Assembly (NCBI RefSeq): GCF_006345805.1
Contig: NC_043001.1
Coordinates: 116,746,001-116,810,000, forward strand
Source of the DNA: Octopus sinensis
Taxonomy: Eukaryota
Direction: 5' to 3'
Length of the DNA stretch: 64,000 nt
Positions 59,622 through 64,000 of this stretch are shown here, one piece after another. A model generated the notes under the pieces. The model was given only the letters and a program-made list of their open reading frames with translations. It searched no databases and was not told where the DNA came from. Numbering within the stretch: the stretch's first letter is position 1; every line of letters starts with the position of its first letter. Made by a program: the position numbers and the translations under genes.

Positions 59622-61012
59622 TTTATCATTAAAAAGACGGCAAACTGGCAGAATCGTTAGCACGCCGGGCGAAATGCGTAGCCGTATTTCGTCTGCCGTT
59701 ACGTTCTGAGTTCAAATTCCGTCGAGGTCGACTTTGCCTTTCATCCTTTCGGGGTCGATAAATTAAGTACCAGTTACGCACTGGAGTCGATATAATCGAC
59801 TTAATCCGTCTATCTCTCCTTGTTTGTCCTCTCTGTGTTTAGACCCTTGTGAGTAGTAAAGAAATAGGTACATCGTCTGCTACTAAGTTCTGAGTTCAAA
59901 TTCCGCCGAGGTCAAACCTTGCCTTTCATCCTTTTGGGGTCGATAAATTAAGTACCAGTTGCGTACTGGGGTTAATGTGATCCCCCTCCGCTCAAATTCC
60001 AGGCCTTGTACCTATAGTAGAAAAATTATTATTATTATTATTATTAAAAAAGGCGGCGAGCTGGCAGAATCAATAGCACTCCGGGCGAAATGCTTAGCGG
60101 TATTTCGTCTGCCGCTACGTTCTGAGTTCAAATTCCGCCGAGGTCGACTTTGCCTTTCATCCTTTCGGGGTCGATTAAATAAGCACCAGTTACGCACTGG
60201 GGTCAATATAATCGACTTAATCCGTCTGTCTGTCTTTGTTTGTCCTCTCTGTTTAGCCCCTTGTAGGTAGTAAAGAAATAGGTATTTCGTCTGCCGCTAC
60301 GTTCTGAGTACAAAGTCCGCCAAAGTCGACTTTGCCTTTTATCCTTTCTGGGTCGATAAATTAAGTACCAGTTGAACACTGGAGTAGATATAATCGACTT
60401 ACTCTCTCTCCCGAAAGTGCTGGACTTGTGCCGAAATTTGAAACCATTATCATTATTCATAAGGCAGCGACTTGGCAGAGTCGTTAGCACGCCGGACAAA
60501 ATGTTTTGTAGCATCTCGTCCGTCTTTGCATTCTGAGTTCAAATTCCGCCGAGGTCACCTTCATCCTTTCGCAGTCGATGAAATAAAGTACTAGTTAGGC
60601 ATTGGCTTGATGTACTCGACTAGCCCCACGACCCAAAAATTTCAGGCCTTGTGCCTGTAGTAGAAGGACTCATCTAAGACTTTAATAAAATGACCACACC
60701 CCAAATTCCTTCTTTCTGTCGGTCGGTCTGGACCCTGAAGAAAACCTGTCAATAACTGACGTGATGGAAGCAATAGTAACAAAGTGACCTTCCCATCTTA
60801 TCTACTCTAGGCACAAGGCCCGAAATTTTGGGGGAGGGGGTCAGTCGATTAGATCGACTCCAGTACGCAACTGGTACTTAATTTATCGACCCCCTAGAGG
60901 ATGAAAGGTGAAGTTGACCTCGGAGGAATCTGAACTCAGATCGTAAAGACAGACGAAATACCTGTAAACATTCCGCCCGGCGTGCTAACGGTTCTGCCAG
61001 CTCGCCGCTTTA
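59400..61012 (+). mobile_element. Dense array of Meta-domain-like SINEs (tails A and B), last copy on -
   Basis: About six + units separated by (TTA)n, including two tailB-tailA composites (59634-60045, 60051-60460). A - copy lies at ~60800-61012. Confidence 0.85.
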
Positions 61013-61379
61013 TCGAATGTAATAATAAATGTAAAAAAATACAAGTTAGAAATAACTTCCAACATGTGGTTCAGGTAAAACTTGAATGCGGAGGAGGAGG
61101 GGGGAGTAGAGAGAGGAAAGGCAGGTAAAAATTGTGACTTGATTGTGTGGAATGCTGAGACAGGTAAACCACGCTGAGGAAGACGTTGAAATAGTATGTC
61201 ACTCGTTGTGAGTCAGAAGCAATAGTTTTCATATTTTATTTTTTTTCCATGCCTGTGGTTCCTTAATTACTATCACTGAAGTCTTTACCTGACTGGATAC
61301 ATTTCTTTGTTTTTTTTAAAAAAAAGGTAAAACTAAATCTTTGTAATTTCTTTCTCTCCGTATGTGATATACTTTTAAA

Positions 61380-61495
61380 ATATCTAAATTAACAACACGC
61401 ACACACACATTTATATGTAAATATATAATATACACGTTTAAATGTATATAATATACACATTTGTGTATATATGATATACACAAGTAAATGTGTGA

Positions 61496-61537
<42 letters not shown>

Positions 61538-61720
61538 GTGCGTATATGTATCAACAAATTCGTATATATATATATAATATATATAATATATTGTATACAG
61601 AAATGTGTGTGTATACACATTCGTATTTATATATATAATATATTGTATACAGAAATGTGTGTGTATACAAATTCGTGTATATATATATATACACTCAAAT
61701 ATGTGTGGTGATAATTTCCA
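61380..61720. repeat. TA/CA compound microsatellite with a duplicated ~50-bp unit
   Basis: atatattgtatacagaaatgtgtgtgtatac occurs twice. Confidence 0.85.
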
Positions 61721-62799
61721 CACTTCTAAAAACTTTTAGGAGTGGGGAAACGATAAGCAATATTTACTGTATTTGACTTAGAGATTTTTTTTTTTCTTTT
61801 ACAAATGACCTTTTCAAAATGCATTTAAACACTGTGACATATTCAGAACTCTATTTCAGAAAAGTATCTTTGTCCTCTTTGAACATTTAGAAGACAAAAT
61901 TCAGCTGGGGCAAAATGAGTAAGGCAAAGATAAATTTACCTCTTCAGGTTTCCAGATGTGTATGAAGAAACAGTCATACACATCACTATTTATCCTTAGA
62001 CATCAGAAAGATCAGAAATTCAACAAAAATTTAAAATATCTCGGTCAAATAAAAGAACGAGGTTCATGGAAAAATGACACTCGAAATGAATGAACGAAAC
62101 TCCGCTAAATCTAGAAACTCAACGGAAAATATTCTCTATAGCTTCATTACGATTTTGCTTGAGTGGCAGTGCAATTAGAGTGAAAAAAATTATTGAAATT
62201 TAGCCACTACACGTTTTGCCCCATTTTAGACATTTTTTGAAAATTGGAAATTATCAAACATGGGAAATCGATCAGAGAAAAGAATATTGATTGTTAAACA
62301 CGCAAAATTATCCAGATATTTTATTAGTAACTTCAATTATAATCGGTTCAAAGTTGAGGAAAAAATTCCTGAAAAAAAAAAAGCACCTGTTCCTTATAAT
62401 GGTTCAAAATTCAACAACTCTACTGACAATTTTTATTCCCAAATATGAGGAAACCATACAAAATTATGATGCTGTAATTGCAACGATATGGTTTCAAGCA
62501 GGTAGGGAGAAAATAACGAGAAATTAGAAATTACTAATTTTACCCTGGGTACCAATTTTGCACTACACTATTATTAACTTACCTGTTAGTATGCGACTTA
62601 CAGGTATAACTGTTGCTGCTGTTCTAAATTACCTTTGCAGATCGAGCGGATAATTTTGGGTGGATTCTCTTATATTTTACTGACAACTTTTGTTTCTGAT
62701 AGTTTTCGTCTTGTATTATAACTTATCTAGTAACTTCTGGTTAATGGTATTTATTAACTTCCACGAATGAACATCAGTGTGATGATAACATATACATAT

Positions 62800-62804
62800 A
62801 TAAC

Positions 62805-62862
<58 letters not shown>

Positions 62863-62988
62863 GTATATATATATGCCGTTAGACAATCTGATCAGGTATG
62901 AACACCACTTCAAAAATATTTGTATAAAAGTGTTATAAAAATGCCCGGCGACCACGTAGCTTGCACAATGCAAGAAAATGGCACACAC

Positions 62989-63029
<41 letters not shown>

Positions 63030-63080
63030 TGTCTGTATGTATATATGTGTATATATTTTTATGTGTGTGTGTGCCAGTTT
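62800..63080. repeat. (TA)n and (TG)n microsatellites
   Basis: Directly visible. Confidence 0.9.
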
Positions 63081-63719
63081 ATATGCGTGTAAGTTAAATG
63101 TTAGGTTGTTGTTTATTTCCAAAGTCGTCCCTGGGCAAGTAGTCTATGAACAAGGTTTTTTGACACTATGACCATCCTATATTTTCTCTCAACTACATTA
63201 TCTAATATTTTTAAATAAGATGTGATTTGAAATTTTGATTCTATTTCTTAACAGTTCAAAGCGATAACAACAGGCTACTTGGCTTTGTTTAGCTTAGTTC
63301 AGGTCTGATTAAAAGCGTTTTAGCCGCGACAATCCCGCCCTTTTGTATAATTAAGGACTACAGAGTTCATTTAACCACTACAATCCCGTCCTTTTCTGTA
63401 GTTGGGGACCAGAGAGTTCAATGTGCTTTTGGCGATCCAGTTCAAGGTAGATTTCCCTGCTACTGTTACTATGTCAAACGACATGTAGAAGCTTCCTGTT
63501 TAGGTGTGTTGACTTGCCGCGAGTTAGAATGAAAATTAAGTTTTCATTCAGAAGCGACCGACATAAACGTATAAATTATGGTTCTACGATTCTGTTAAGT
63601 CGCACTGAAGGACATTAAGGTATTTGAAAGACATGGCGCCAATCATGTTACCCATTTTGATTATTTTTGTCTCTTGAATGATGGCTCTTCTATGTATATC
63701 CGAACAAGCGAATGCCTAG

Positions 63720-64000
63720 ACATCTTTTATATTTCATTTGTTTCTGTCATTAGACTGTGGCCATACTTGAGCACCGCTTTGAAGAATTGGTAATTTTAGT
63801 CGATTGAATCGACTCCAGTATTTATATTTTTTTTAGCCTGGTATTTATTCTATCGATCTCTTTGACGAATCGCTAAGTAACGAGGACGTAAACACACCAG
63901 CACCGATTATCAAGCGGTGGTGGGGGACAGACAGACACATCAATACACACACACACACACACACACGACGGGCTTCTTTCAGTTTCCGATTATCAAATCC
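63720..64000 (-). mobile_element. CORE-type SINE module X and start of head (runs off the window)
   Basis: tttgtttctgtcattagactgtggccatac...acgacgggcttctttcagtttcc. Confidence 0.7.

Noticed and set aside
61955-61984. 11-bp perfect hairpin
   Set aside because: It is isolated, with no snoRNA boxes, miRNA-length stem or element terminus.

Overview
Repeat-rich, AT-rich animal DNA. The SINE and LINE families look octopod-cephalopod, which is an inference from repeat content. Two host genes are supported. (1) A complete 8-coding-exon DCAF7/WDR68 gene on + (CDS 16941-29332, 1044 nt, 347 aa, all GT-AG junctions in frame), with a probable non-coding first exon near 12.1 kb. (2) The first coding exon of PAXIP1/PTIP on - (5315-5425), head-to-head with DCAF7. 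The rest is mobile DNA: tRNA-derived SINEs (CORE-type, Meta-domain-like, tRNA-Arg-headed), RTE, Tx1-like, R4/Dong-like and Penelope-like retroelement remnants, Helitrons, a mariner fragment, a Merlin/IS1595-like transposase remnant, MITEs and microsatellites. The most interesting signals are these. One SINE tail matches the 3' end of a Tx1-like LINE, and these copies repeatedly land just before GGT, including inside their own family. RTE insertions show twin-priming-like inversions. A MITE is flanked by a ~90-bp duplication. There are hammerhead-ribozyme-like motifs and an orphan NRF1/ETS/YY1 promoter-like island at 47.2-47.5 kb. A CpG-poor domain runs ~14 kb past the DCAF7 stop. All calls come from reading the sequence by eye, no database searches were run, and repeat boundaries are approximate unless termini or TSDs are quoted.
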